Shown here in pieces: positions 34,926 through 48,744 of a stretch of DNA of 64,000 bases. Each line of letters begins with the position of its first letter. Positions within the stretch are counted from its first letter, which is position 1. Below the pieces are notes generated by a model. That model searched no databases, had not been told where the DNA came from, and worked only from the letters and a program-made list of their open reading frames with translations. Both the position numbers and the translations under genes were made by a program. Source of the DNA: Strigamia acuminata (Eukaryota); the NCBI GenBank assembly GCA_949358305.1, contig OX442314.1, positions 23,560,001 to 23,624,000 of the forward strand, written 5' to 3'.

Positions 34926-35537
34926 CTTCAAGATTCCATACGACCAAAAACAGAAAATACGTCAATTTCCTTGCTAAATTAAATATTAATAGTAATCAAT
35001 AAAATAAACACATAAAATAAAACTATAAGATGCCAGTATCAAGAAAATTTACGCTGTGACAACACTAATTAATTATTTAAAAAATTCGCTAATGTACAAA
35101 TTCCAGTAGAGCAATTTTCTTAATGGCACTTTATGGGATGATTTAGTACCTTAGGTTTACGGTAGAAGCATTTCATGTAGCTAACCTCTTTCACACTAGA
35201 GTATTTTTTCTAAAAATTATTTCGTCGCTAAAAAGTGTCATTTTTAAAGTGATTTTAACCGATAATATTGTTTACAGTATTCCGCCTTGCATGATTAATT
35301 GAAACAAAGAGGATCAAGGAATATTTATTTATTTATTTATTTATTTATTAGATGTAACATTTTCTGAACTATTGGCAGGTGTTGATGACAGTTTGTCGTT
35401 TGTCAAGTGGTCAGCCCCTAATTGCCATATCCCATCAGATGCTGAGATTTGTGACAACACGATGTATTCCTCAAACGTGTAATTATCTAGAATTTATTAT
35501 AATTTTTTTAGTTTTCGTTCAGAATTCCATTTATTTG

Positions 35538-37892
35538 TTACCAGAATATTGTGTACAATATCTCAATCCCAAACACTATCAGTGCAATTCCAATTCCTAA
35601 GCACAGACTAAAAAAAAGTCCAACAACTGCAGGTATTTTAATGGCTGCAATTTCTCTTAGCATGCGGTCACAATAAACATTATGGTCTTCGTAATTACCG
35701 CCAAGATAGAGTTTCTGATTAACACCGTTTTCCAATAAAATACGTATGCTAGTTGATAAATTTGGAATCAAATAGACGTTCATTGAATTACTGGTATAAG
35801 TTGAACTTACTATTTATTAAAAAGCTGCTTGTATGTAAATTGCTTGTTAAATGTAAAACACATGGCAGATTCCATAATCACCTCATCCAAGAATCGAAAT
35901 GAACAGTTCTTTTCTACTTCGGCTGACAGAGTCAATTCTTCCATTAAATATCCTATTTTACGATTGTATACCAATTCCTTTCCTTCTTTATTAGACTTTA
36001 CCAATAACTTCTCAGGATTACTATTGATTTTCTTATAAGCTCTGACATACAAATCCTCTTTAGAATACTGCAAGCAAACCCGCATGTATATTGAATTTGT
36101 TAAATAAGCATCAAAGAAAATTTGGCCATACCTTCAATGTCGGAACTACACTAGTGCCTTTAAGTGTGGCTAAATCGTAGTTGGATTTGTAAATGAATTC
36201 GTGAAAACTGCTAAATGGCAATTTTATTGTGGTCACGGCTAAAATTGATGTAAGGCTTGAACAGTAGTTTATAAACATAATGATGCAAAAAGTGTGAAAA
36301 ACCAGTAAACATATTCTACCAGATAAACCGTAAACCTGAACTGGAATACCTAAAGCAAATATTATTATAACCTGCCATAACATTACTTCTTAAATTTATT
36401 TTACCGGTCTTAAGTAAAATATGTAAAGCACTTCTTGTATAATAATAAATGATTTGCAGGTTTTTAATTGCTTTTTTAGGCCGTCGTAGTACCTTGTTTT
36501 TCACAAAACTAATAATTGAGGACAACACTGCAAATAAAATTGTAAATCCCATTATGCACATCCAAGAAAATGAAGTAAAAGGTTCCAAATAAAAGAAAAA
36601 TCTCTCTTGATTTCCCGCCTCGTTGTGGTACAATAATTTTGCACGCACTCTGGTAATATCTGCCGAAAAGCTAATCAATGCAATTCTATCGCTGGTTTTT
36701 GTTAACGAAATTCCTATATCGCTTTCCTAAAATGAACTCATATTTGTAAGAATTAATAAAATAGTTAAATTGTAACTAAAATTACATTTTTGTATAATTT
36801 TCCTAACATCCCAGATACGTACGAAGCGTTTATCTTATTTCCAAACATTTTATCTTCTGGAACATCCACGCTGGCACTTTATACAAAAAAACATAGCTTA
36901 GGGTTTTCTTTTGTTAAATGATTAAAGATGGGTAAATTACTTAAATAGAAATACACTTTGAATAGTTTTTAATAATTCGCCATGTAATCCTCCGATAGTA
37001 AACTGCCCATTCTCTTTACGAATTGAGAAAAATGGTGGAAACTGGTACGAAAACGTAAAGAGTTTTATTACCGGCACAATAATTTGTAGTTTTGAGTTAA
37101 ACAAACTAATAAATTTACCGGTAATGATATCAAGCGAAGCGCTTTTTCACTGTACGAAGGCAAAGGTACAGACAAACGTACAAATTTTAAAGCACCATTC
37201 TTCGGATCCCAAAAGCCACTTTTTTGCGCCTTTATCAGATTTCCGTTAGCCGAATATAAACGATATAAAAACCATACCTTGAAAACATAAAATTACTTAA
37301 ATCGAAACGACTTCAGCATTAACTCCCATAATTACCTCGCCAGTATGCCCGACGTCCAGTTTAAATAAAGCGATATCATGTGGAATAAAAATATTACCAA
37401 AACTTTCCAACTTTTCTTCTAATATTAGCAACCAATTAGAAGGACAATAGCTTAACTTTAATGCCTTTTCCACTATTCCAATAGCAGTATTTGGTTTGCT
37501 TATGATCAACACAGATCCGAAATTGTTCAGTTCGTTCAGCTCAAATCCATTCACGGATGCAACTTTGGCAGAGATCAGGTGTTGCGACAAATGTTTCGAT
37601 AAATAAACTTGAAGAAAACAAAATTAAAACTTCCAAAATGTAATGAAACAAAAAATATTTCCTACCAAGATCCTGATCATCAATCAGAATTATTATTTTC
37701 GACCATTCGACATATTTTAAGAAATTAGTTGAAAATTTGTGAACCAAATTAATTTCTGTTCGCGTAAATAAAACGAGTTAGTACTTGCTTTCAAAGTTGT
37801 ATCGTCAATATGTATGTTTGCCTACCAACATCTTCCTTACAGAAAGCCGAAATGATGCAAGAAACAACTGCAGCATAAAATAATGCTTCCAT
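35538..37892 (-). CDS. Ionotropic receptor copy 4, multi-exon
   Basis: ESDIGISLTKTSDRIAL, EPFTSFSWMCI, YCSSLTSILAV, ENGVNQKL. Confidence 0.87.
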
Positions 37893-40216
37893 CTTCAAGA
37901 TCTTGAAGACCCAAAACAGATAATACGTTATTATATCCTGTCCCATTTAAATATTAATAAATATAATAATGATGAATTGTAATCAATAAAATAAACATAT
38001 AAAATAAAACTATAAGACGCCTCTTTAGACTTGTACCGTGTATCAAGAATATTTACTGTCTGACAACGTGTAATAAATTATTTAAAAAATTCGCTAACGT
38101 TCAAAACTTTTAGTAGGACAGTTTTCTTAATGGCACATTAAAGGAATGATTTAGTACTTAAGGTTCAGTCGCATTTCACGTAATTAAACCCTTTGAATCT
38201 TGAATATTTTTTCTAAAAAAATATTTCATTTCATTTTATTCGAACAATTTATATTTTCTAACATTATCTGCAGTTTTTCGCCTTGCTGAATTAATTACGT
38301 TTTATCGTGTGTTAAGTATTGATTTATCTGATCACACAACTATTCATCAATTTCTGTGTTCAAATTTGCCACCTCCTAGCTTGTCGGTAGCTCTTGCTAA
38401 AAGACTGGTATGTTAACTCGCCAACAGGTGCCCCGGCACTAAGTCATTATGCTGCCTGCTCGAATATGAACTCCCAGTTTATCACAGTCAACGATCATGG
38501 AATCAATTAAGGATACATCAACCTGTGTTGTTAATTCACGAATGGATTGGGATTGCCTCTAATAAAATTAAATTATTAATATTAAATTAGCTTTTTATTA
38601 ATCACAAAAAAAAAGATTGGTAAAAATAAATTTTTGAATATAAAAAATGGATTTTTCAGCAGAAAAAAACGACATTATTTTGCTGGCTAATCATTCTTTT
38701 CTTCTAAAAAATTTTCCGTTTTTAATTTTTTTTAAGTAGCGTAATTGAATTGAATGTTAATTATTCTTAATTCAATTAAATGTGGTCAATGTGGATACTG
38801 AACAGGAAGTAAGGGGGTAGGAAACAAAGATTATAAATGTTTGAATTCTCATAATTAAAATAAAGTAATATCTGATAAAAAAAACTGATGAAATTTTGAC
38901 TTATCTTGATATTTTGGTAAAATCAAGATTTAGTGTGTTAAAAAAGGGGTTTACATTTCTTGAAACAGGAACAAAGAGTTACAATTGAGAAAATATGACT
39001 AAAAACTAGACTTCCGTTTACGCGTTATCCGATCTCGTACACAAAAGCACCGCCAAAATGAAATGACCCTAAATGGGGAAACTCTAAAACAGGTGTGCTG
39101 TTGTGATTCCAACAACATTTTAATTTTAATTACAATGTAGGTCGCATATAATTTCAAATTTAGGTTGGAACACTAGATCACTTTATCAGTCATCGGTTAG
39201 CTAAAACATTAATAATAACCAACTGTAAATAAATAGGGTTTCTGGTATTTCGTACTTTTAAATGTCCCGGGACTCGTGACACAAAAATAGAAGATTTCCC
39301 AGAATTCCCATAAATGGGAAAATGTTACTCATGATTTATCACTCACGCTAGCAGCAAGAACATTCACAGAAAATATAAATATCTTATAAAAAAAAAACAA
39401 TTAAATTTTATGTGCATATAATACACCTGCATGTCCTGATTTGATAATTACTTCAAGAATTGACGAGACGAAGGCGAATCACGATCAGAAAGAAAATGCG
39501 CTCACACAACAAAAAAATAATTCGAAATTAAATGATATCGTTTAAGATTGTTTAAACACTGAATTATCGTTTTTTCAAGTAATTTCTGCTTTCCTGTCTT
39601 CCGAAACACTCAAATATCGAAAAACTACATTACCTGGCAAATAAAAACTTTGATTGAACCTGACATTCAAACTTGCCGCCTTCTGACACGTTAGTAGGTG
39701 GCGCGAAAAGACTGGTATATCAAGTCGCCAACAGGTGCCCCTAAACGCAACATGCCGTCTGCTCGAATATGAGATCCCAGCTGCTGGTGTCATTCTCATT
39801 CAATTTCCTGCGGAACACAGTCAACGATCGTCGAATCCGTTCACAATCCACCAACCGATGATGTTAATTCACGAATGTGTCGTCTCTAATGGCAGGAAGA
39901 CGCCCGCGATTGTGGGTGAGTCACTCTCAAAAACGCAACCCCTCTCAGTTGTTTCTCGCTTTCTCTGCACGTCAATGCATGGATGACGTCAGCATATTTG
40001 TTTTTTTGAGAGCACCTGTTATCGAATGGCGAGAGAAAAAACCGGAATGACTCATTTTTATTTTCCATTACGTGCATGCTTTTATTTGCTATTTCATGTT
40101 AGAACCATCATGTTTTTGTCCCGTTTCGATATTTAGATTAGAGAAAATGAGCAAATTTGTGTCAAGTGTGTGTCTGTGACACTTGTGTTATGACCCGTTT
40201 AACTCCACGTTTGTGG

Positions 40217-42655
40217 ATGTGCATGAGTAGCGTCCCAGATGTTGTCTCAGGATTGGGTTACATCGAAGAGGAGGTAAGATGTTATTGTCATTTAAATTTG
40301 TCGTAATTACATAATCAAAATTGTTCATTTTTTTTCTTGTTATTATTATTTTTTTTTTTGGTTTTTTTTTTGTGATTCTAAATTTTGTATTTGTTGTTTA
40401 GAGCGAAGAAGACGAATGGATCGCGTTAGGAAATCGTTTCGAAGGAGAAGGACTGAATTCTGAATTGCCATTGGAAGCGAAATTACTCCATGTGTGGCGA
40501 TGGTTGGGCGACGCTGAGTACAATTTACACACATCGAGGAAAATGCTGGATAAACAGAGGACGCAACAGGCTCAGGAGCTCAAGGAGGTGGAACTTTTTG
40601 TTGGTAAACTCAAGGACATCACAGATGAACGCGTAAGCAAAGTAGAGATGGAGAAAGAGCTGCTGGAGCGGGAATTGGAGCAACTACGAAACAACGGCGA
40701 CGATAATAACACGAGGGAAATTGTAGCAATGCTAAAGCAGGAAGGCTTGCACCACATATTGCATTGTTCGTTAGGCGAACAGGTATACTTGAAAAATAAA
40801 ATTATTAAAAAATAATTTTTTTTTTTTTAAATATATAAATATTTCTAAATCTAAAAATATTTCGTGATAAAATGGATTATGTTTCATTTCATGCACGAGG
40901 TATTAAATATCTTTGGCACTCGTCGAAATATTTTGATTCAAAGCTAAAAAAAAAAAAAAAAATTGAGATTATTATTTTTTTTAATTTTAAAATTATTTTT
41001 AAAGGTCGCGTATTTATTAGTGGAACGTGCACGGCTGATGGAAGAAATCGTGAGTGTAACGAACAAACAGAAGGGGTCGACAGCTAATTTAACTGATAAC
41101 GTTAAATTGAGTTATCCTCAGGTGCACGAAATAATGGAACAACAAAAGTAAGAAATTTATTTCGGGCGCAGATGTTTAGTTGCAGGAAAATGTAATAAAA
41201 GTTTTGTGATATTCATCTAGGACGGATTTCGAGGAGAGATTACGTCATCAGCAAGAATCTGCTGCGCTGGTTAAAGTGGAAATGAAGAAGTCTTACGAGG
41301 AAGAAATTCGTCACATCCGACAAGATTTACAGGAATCGAGGAAAACGGTCAGAGGAAATTTCAATTTCATTTTAAATTGATGTTTTTGTTGTTTTAGAAA
41401 ATAATATCTAAATTTTTAAATCTAGGTGGAAGTGTTATACAGCGGGAATCCAGCTGCTGTAAAGGATACTTTACAGTCAAAATGTAAAGATTTGGACGTG
41501 AAAACCGTCGAATTGACCGAAAAAAATAGGAAAATGGAAAAGGCATTGAGACAGTTAGAAAACGAAAACGAGACTTTAATTTATAAAGTAAAAAAAATAA
41601 ATACAAAAATTTAAAATAAACAAAAAAAAATATTATTTAAATTAAATTTTTAATTTAATCAGTTATCCGAAGCCTTAACCGAATGCGACGAAAAGGAAGC
41701 GCAAATCAGAAGCATGAGAATGAAGTTTGCAACGTCACTTCGAAGATCATCCAAAGTGGAAACGTCACCAAAACACAACGCCGAGAAAATGGTCATCAAA
41801 GATGAAGCGATCAAAAAACTACAATTCGACATTGAAAAATTACAATCGCAGCTCGTGCAATCTGGTCAAAAGTACGAAGAGCTGGCAGTGAAGAACGAAC
41901 GCAGAAAACACCGGGAAAAAGCGCATTTACAAAAAGAAAGGTGACATTTCCCACCACACGCATTAAATTTCTAATTAATTAATTTTTCCTTCTTTTATTT
42001 CAGGGAAAAACACACCCGAGAGTCGACCAACTTGAAACAAAAAATCCGACAACTTCAAGACGACATTTCCTTGGCTCAAGTGACCCTGAACACCGAACGA
42101 ACATACCGCGACACGGTGCTGACCAACATGACGCAACTGACCGAAGAAAACAAGCAATTATCAAACAGACTTTTGGAAACTGAAGAAATAGTTAACGACA
42201 AAGCGCGCACACTTTCATTACTCAACGTGCGCGTTAGTTATTTGGAAAAGGAGAAACTCGAGTGGACTGAAAAAAGAACATTGAGTGATTCCAGTGTGTT
42301 CGGATCGTCACAAAGTTTAGTCCGAATTGCACCGTCGTCAGTCGAAGAACAACGAAACCGAGTGGCCCAATCCTCGCTTTCGAACGAGCAAATTAACAAT
42401 CCTGTTTCAGACCTTCCTGTGTCACCATCGGCACAAATGAAAACATTAAACAAAGCTGAAGCGACTAATAGACGACCAGTGCTGCTCAGATGGTTTTCTC
42501 AACCGGAAACTTCAATCGCGGTTGAAGAACAACAAGAGTTGGCCAGATCAAAGCTCAATTTCGGGACCAGATTAGACACGTTAATCAGTAGCATCGACCA
42601 ATTAAAGAACGTTGTGGTCGGCTCAGCAACGAATTTGATAAACAGAAATAGTTGA
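40217..42655 (+). CDS. Coiled-coil protein, CCDC30-like, ~7 exons (an in-frame upstream ATG exists at 40190)
   Basis: Spliced exons give FEGEGLNSELPLEAKLLHVWRW..QAQELKEVELFVGKLKDITDER, resembling the CCDC30 N-terminus; heptad-rich exons with GT-AG introns. Confidence 0.7.
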
Positions 42656-43283
42656 TGCACTTGAATTTTTGATAGTTTTATACAAATAAAGTTTAATCTG
42701 TGCAAACAACTCGATTTTTGAGAGTAAAAACGCTAAAAATTCGCCATTTCCATGTTATAGAATTGAATAAATTTTAGATTATTTTGATAAAAATCACTTT
42801 TCGAATGCACGGAATGTTAAATATCACAAATTTTATCACAAACTGTATTTTATATTTTATCTAGTCCGTCCTCTGTGAAAAACGATCATTGCAATAAACA
42901 CATTTTTATTTGAATAGAAATCGAAGTGCAAATCAATTCACCAATTCTTATTATTTTTGAATTTCAACTCATCAACAATTACAAAAATCCAGAAAAATCT
43001 CATTCTTTTTTCTATTTTTATGAATCTAAATTTCTATGACAACGAGCGATTGTTTGCAACCCATTGCAGTGCATTGTTTGTTGTGTATTGAGGCGGCGTA
43101 GGCCTAGTCCTATGTTGGGTGGGCAGCTGAGTAGAATGGATATATAAAAATATCATGCTTGAGGACTTATTGGGATGGGATGATCTCTTTGCCAGTGTGT
43201 ACAAGCAGATCATGTAAATTTCATTTGAAATCCAAACTTTACTTTCATGCGCCGTCTAATCTTGGCCGAGGACTGGTTTGACT

Positions 43284-43453
43284 ATGAATACAGGGGTTAG
43301 CCCTGAAATCATAAAATTAGGACTATTCAGCGGATCAGCTTCAACTGTTCTTGAGAAACAAGGATACACCCTAGGCAGAGTCATCGGAGAGGGGTCCTAC
43401 TGTAAAGTCAGGTGAATTTACAGCGAATATTCACAACAAAAAAAAAAAAAAAA

Positions 43454-43487
<34 letters not shown>

Positions 43488-44549
43488 TTTAATAATTTTA
43501 AAAAAATAATAATTTTAAATTCTTGAAAATTTGACGATTTTTATTTCAAATTTAAATGTGAATAAATACAGGATTGCCGAAACTCGACAACATGGCCAAG
43601 TTCAAAGATACGCGGTTAAGATCATCTCCCGGAAGAAAGCGTCCAAAGACTTCGTCTCCCGTTTTCTGCCGCGGGAGATTGAAATAGTCCGAGACTTGCA
43701 GCATCCTAACATCATCCAAGTGCACCGTATCCTTGACACAGGCGATACAGTTTTCATCTTCATGGATATCGCCGAACGAGGAGACTTGTTAGACTACATC
43801 CGAGTAAACAACTCATCCATACACTCAAATCCTCTAAAAATTTACAAAATAATAACCACAATTTTCCAGACCCACGGTGCACTGAATGAACCCAAAGCTC
43901 GCAACTTTTTCCGCCAATTGGTCTCCGCTATTAAGTACTTACATACCAAAGAGATCACCCATCGCGACCTCAAGTGTGAAAACGTCCTCTTATGTACAGA
44001 GGATCACATCAAACTGACTGACTTCGGGTTTGCCAGGAAATGCGGTAAATTACGACCCAAAAGAAAATTTTCCCACTTTAATAAACTGATTTATTTTGAT
44101 TACAGTTGACCAGGAGACTGGCAAACGTATTCTGAGCAGTACCTACTGTGGCAGTGCAGCTTATGCTGCCCCCGAAATTCTTTCGGTAAGTTATTTGACA
44201 AAAAGCCCACTCAATTTTTGTAATATTCCTTTTTAATGCAAAGGGCACGCCCTACAATCCCAAAATGTACGATGTATGGAGTCTAGGCTGTATCCTTTTT
44301 ATCATGCTGACTGGATCAATGCCTTTTGATGACTCAAACATTCGAAAGATGCTCAAATACCAGCAAGAGCGCCGGTATACTTACCCCTCGAAAGTGGTGG
44401 ATATCCTCAGCCCCGAGAGCAAAGCCCTTATCAGGCACATCCTTGAGCCAGACATTACTCGACGTGCAACAGTGGACCAAATTCTCAAGAACCCTTGGCT
44501 GAACCAACCCGACCCCGATGCAGGGAGCTCGGGTACAAGCACTGCTTAG
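43284..44549 (+). CDS. TSSK: Testis-specific Ser/Thr kinase family protein, 5 exons
   Basis: IGEGSYCKV; AVKII..RFLPREI; HRDLKCENVLL; DFG; LSSTYCGSAAYAAPEIL; YDVWSLG..MPFDDSNIRKML. Confidence 0.92.
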
Positions 44550-45163
44550 GCATCGATTTTTAAATCCCAACGCCGCCGATACACAACCGTTTTAATTTGA
44601 CGCCATTAAATTCTACCGAGAAATTGTCGACGTACAAATGTATAAATTTATCCGAGGTGTATAATTCGCTCTTTATAATGAAAAATTAAAAATCAAAAAA
44701 ATTTCTTAAAACGCAACTTTCGATTCTTATTTTTTTAATTTTTATTTTAATTTTTATTTAATTAAAATTAAAAAAAAAATACATCAAGTATCTGCAACTG
44801 AATAATATATATAGATGTTTAGTTACTCGTTTTTTTTCTCACTTGTTGCTGTGGTAACAAAATAGTATAAAACAGATAATTATCGACATTTTTGGTAAAA
44901 CTCTAATACCGAAAAATAACATTTTATACTTTTATACATCAATTTAACGTAAAATTAATAAAATACACACAAAATAAACTAAGGTAAGTGCAAAGTAAAC
45001 TTTCATTAATTATCCAGCGCCCAGCTTGATACGGAAAATAAATAAAAATTGATTAGTTTCAGCTCAAACTCGTCGGAAAGAAACAAAAGAAAGTCGCAGG
45101 TAAACCGACTCCAACCTTTAATTGACACATTCTAAACCGCACAATTTAATTATGCAGAAAAAC

Positions 45164-45799
45164 ATGGACCAGCAGAAACTAAGTAGCCGACTATTTCATT
45201 ACCCTAATAAGAAATCGGATCCCGTTTCACGGCCCCGACGGTTCAGTTTAGACTCGCTGAAATTGATACCCATAGACAAAACACCTCAAGCTTGGACATT
45301 GACGCAACGGAAAAAAAGTCTCGAAGAAAAGGAGCAAACGGCCGAAAATGCGTCGAAATTCGCGGCGTTTAAATACAGAACTCTACCAGCGATTGGTAAT
45401 AACGAATCGAGCGAAATGGAGGATTCGGAATCGAATCCGATTTTTACACCGGGGAAGAGGAATGGAAAGAATTCGAAATTGGTTAGGGCTAACACTTACG
45501 AAGTGATTCAACCGATTGTTGTGGATGAAATTGAGGAAAAGAGGGCGACGAGTTCGACAATTCCGAGCGACGAAATTGTGCTGATAATATGTTTACCGGA
45601 CGGGGCCCGTGTTTATGGATATTTCAAATATTCGGATCGAATTATTGATTTGCTACAGTTCTGTCAAAGGCAGAGCGGGGAGTGTTATAAAAACTGCAGC
45701 GTTGTTATAAAGAATAAGGTTGTTAGCGAGTTGGATAAAACATTTTCTGAGCTCAATCTCACAAATGAGAACAAGGTGCTGCTAGTAAGAAAGATTTGA
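45164..45799 (+). CDS. UBX-domain protein, UBXN10-like
   Basis: C-terminal ubiquitin-like UBX pattern LIICLPDGARV...F...DRIIDLL...KTFSELNL; KYRTLPAI resembles the UBXN10 KYPVLPSI motif; spliced upstream exons at ~44.9-45.1 kb. Confidence 0.6.
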   Translation: MDQQKLSSRLFHYPNKKSDPVSRPRRFSLDSLKLIPIDKTPQAWTLTQRKKSLEEKEQTAENASKFAAFKYRTLPAIGNNESSEMEDSESNPIFTPGKRNGKNSKLVRANTYEVIQPIVVDEIEEKRATSSTIPSDEIVLIICLPDGARVYGYFKYSDRIIDLLQFCQRQSGECYKNCSVVIKNKVVSELDKTFSELNLTNENKVLLVRKI

Positions 45800-46543
45800 C
45801 ATTTCAACGCATATATTTTTGTTTATGTATTTATGTTTATGTCAATGCTAGTTGGAATAGTTTATAAACAATGAGTGAAAATGTATTAAACAATAGGAGT
45901 CCACTGACTCAAAATTTTAAAGTAAATAATATTTTCAGAATTTTTTGTACACTATTTTTGTGTAAATAAATGGATTAAAATATAAAACTCGTACGATTCA
46001 AATTTTTCGCTACAAAAATGAATTTTCACACATTTATGGTCGATGGGGCCCTGATTGGGGGCCCCATACCGCCCTATATGGGGCCATTCTCCTGCGAGAA
46101 CATATAAATTCGCTAAAAGCTTCGAATTCGTGTGTGACATCAATTACGGTACATTATATCAATACTAAATAATGCCGGCAAAGAAATTGCTGGTTAGATG
46201 AAAAATAAATGTCACTTACCTACATAATCTTCGATTAAGCAGGATTGTTTCGTTTGTCCATTAAAATCTGTATTAAAAGAAATGAAAATATTAAAACATT
46301 ACAATCATTTGTTGTTATAGTTATTGACCACATACAAACCTCGCTTAAAATGTACTCTTAAAATTAAAATTAGAATATAATGTACTGAATAATTAGACAG
46401 TGAATAGATAAGAAATTGTCTTTATTTCCATTTCTCAACTTGAAGGCTTAAATTATAGAGATATAGACTTAATCTTAAAAAAAAAAAAGAAAAAAAAAAA
46501 GAAAAGAAAAGTACATTTAGTTGTTTTCATCCCTCGGTATAAT

Positions 46544-47948
46544 TCACATCTCCATTGCTCCATTCGATCCCTTGTCCTCGACTTTTGCAATTTCAGTTTT
46601 TAGTTTTGCAATCGTTTCTTTCGCTTGTTTCAGCCGTTCTTTTAAGTCGTTAATTTCGTATCGAATTTTGTTTTTCGCTTGTAGTATAACCGTATGTGTT
46701 TTTTCCTTTTTATCTTCAACTGTAAATACAAACATCAATTGCATTATTGCCAATTACCCAATTTTTTTTTTAAATTTTACAATCGGTTTCGTGTTTATAC
46801 GGCCCTAACGTCAATTGACGACTACTAGTTAACAGCTGCTGCATCATTGCAGTGGGATCTTGGAAAATCTAAATACAAAAACAAAGAAACAATTATAAAC
46901 ACTAACCATTAAAATTAGGGTTTGACCAATACCGATATTACTAAAACACAAGACCGGCATGATTCAAAGTTCACACCAAGTCGCTTTCAAAATGTGCACT
47001 CAAATCGTGTAGAATTTGCACATTTTTTAAAAAATTACTACCGGTACATTAAAAATTACCTGGGTATTATATTTAAATAAACTATTTTTAGAAGCTCACT
47101 TTTTTAAAAAATAAAACAGTTCATTTCAGCCAAAGTAAACATGTTGTAAAAAAAAATTAATTCGACAAAAATATCGGTATCAACCGATATTTAGGAGAAC
47201 AATATCGACTGTCATCGGATAATTATGGTATCGGACAAACCATAATTGAAATTGTGATGTAAATCTTACTATTTCATCATAAGACTCAGAGACCAAATTC
47301 TTCTTCCCCAGCATGATATTTGTCTCACTTTGAAACAGCTTCAAAATGTGATAAAGTGTTACCTGAAACAATAATGCTATTAGTAGGTGTTCAATCATTG
47401 CTTCATCTAATCACTTTCTTACCGGTCTTTCGTTGGGATCATGGAAATATATTTTTATCACTATTTCAAATTCTCCCCAACCCGTTTCAGTTACTTCGTA
47501 TGGTGGTTTTGTCACAACTATATTATTTTAAATTATTTATTTACATAGTCATTTATTTATTAACGAGTGTATTTACCTCGATTTGGATTCGTGTAACTTT
47601 CGTGTAATTTAAAATGAACTTTCTTCACGTACGTGGACATGTCCTTTTGAAAAATGGAAAACAAATTGCTTAGATTAAATATGCGGTAGTTAATTGTCGT
47701 ATATCCCATTACTTCGTTTTTGTATGGTTTCACATAGACAGTCCACTGATGAGTGTGTCCATCTTCTTCACGCTTCTTTCCGAAATACCTGGCAACATTT
47801 CCAAACACTATCGGCTTTAAAACTATCAAACCCTGAAAAATATAATTTGCATTAAAAACGTTGCTTTCACCAACAAATATTAATATACCTTTACTCGGCC
47901 ACCTGAATCTGGTCCGAACTCCGTCAATTTACCACTTACAGCTGCCAT
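46544..47948 (-). CDS. YEATS4: YEATS domain-containing protein 4 (GAS41), ~7 exons
   Basis: [79 protein letters not shown]-terminal coiled coil. Confidence 0.96.
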
Positions 47949-48249
47949 TTTAATGAATTAACGTCAGCTTTGGACTGCAATATGACATTTAACCAGCGCC
48001 ATTTTCTCCCAACACTGGCGAAGATTGGCGCCACGCTTGGTGCTTTGTACGTAGCTGCCACCTATTGATAATAGTTGGCAATAAAAAATCTTTGTAAAAA
48101 TATGTAATTCAGTACGGATGAGTACAAAAATAACATATAAAAAATAATAAAAATGGATAAATAAATAAAAAAGTAACAAAAAACAACCACAAACCCATAC
48201 CGGTGTTAACAACATGAATTTAAGTAATTTTCATTTTTTACTTTGATAT

Positions 48250-48609
48250 CCCTCCCCCACCCCAACCTAAGGTCAATTTTGACCTCCAAAAGTATTTTTA
48301 TTTTTTTTCTCAAAAACAATTGGGATTTTCATTCTAAAATTTCATGTATATTCATTTAACATCATAACAAACAATAAAAAAAATAATAGACTTAAAAATC
48401 GCAAAAAAAAATTTCACAAAATTCCTTTGTTTACTCACTACTTTTGAATGCAATGTCAATTATTTTTGTCGCTCTCTTTTGACAAATACCGAATTGCTGA
48501 AATTTCTTCATAAACATGAAATACTCAGAGAATAAAATCATTTTCACTCATTTTTGGAAAAAATTTTTTGGCTTGGGGTCAAAAATGACCCGGGTTGGGT
48601 GAGTAAGGG
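48250..48609. mobile_element. Degenerate MITE with CCC...GGG termini (piggyBac-like)
   Basis: CCCTCCCCCACCCCAACCTAAGGTCAATTTTGACC versus the reverse complement of the right end CCCTTACTCACCCAACCCGGGTCATTTTTGACC; no canonical TTAA. Confidence 0.5.
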
Positions 48610-48744
48610 ATTTTTTTTAGGTTGGGGCTGCGAGGAATATTCACATTTATGCAAATTGTTTATGCAAATTGTTGCAAATAATAGTTTTATTTGGTCCAAG
48701 TTTAATCGCTTTCATTTAAGAAAGCGATTTCATCCGTAACACTA

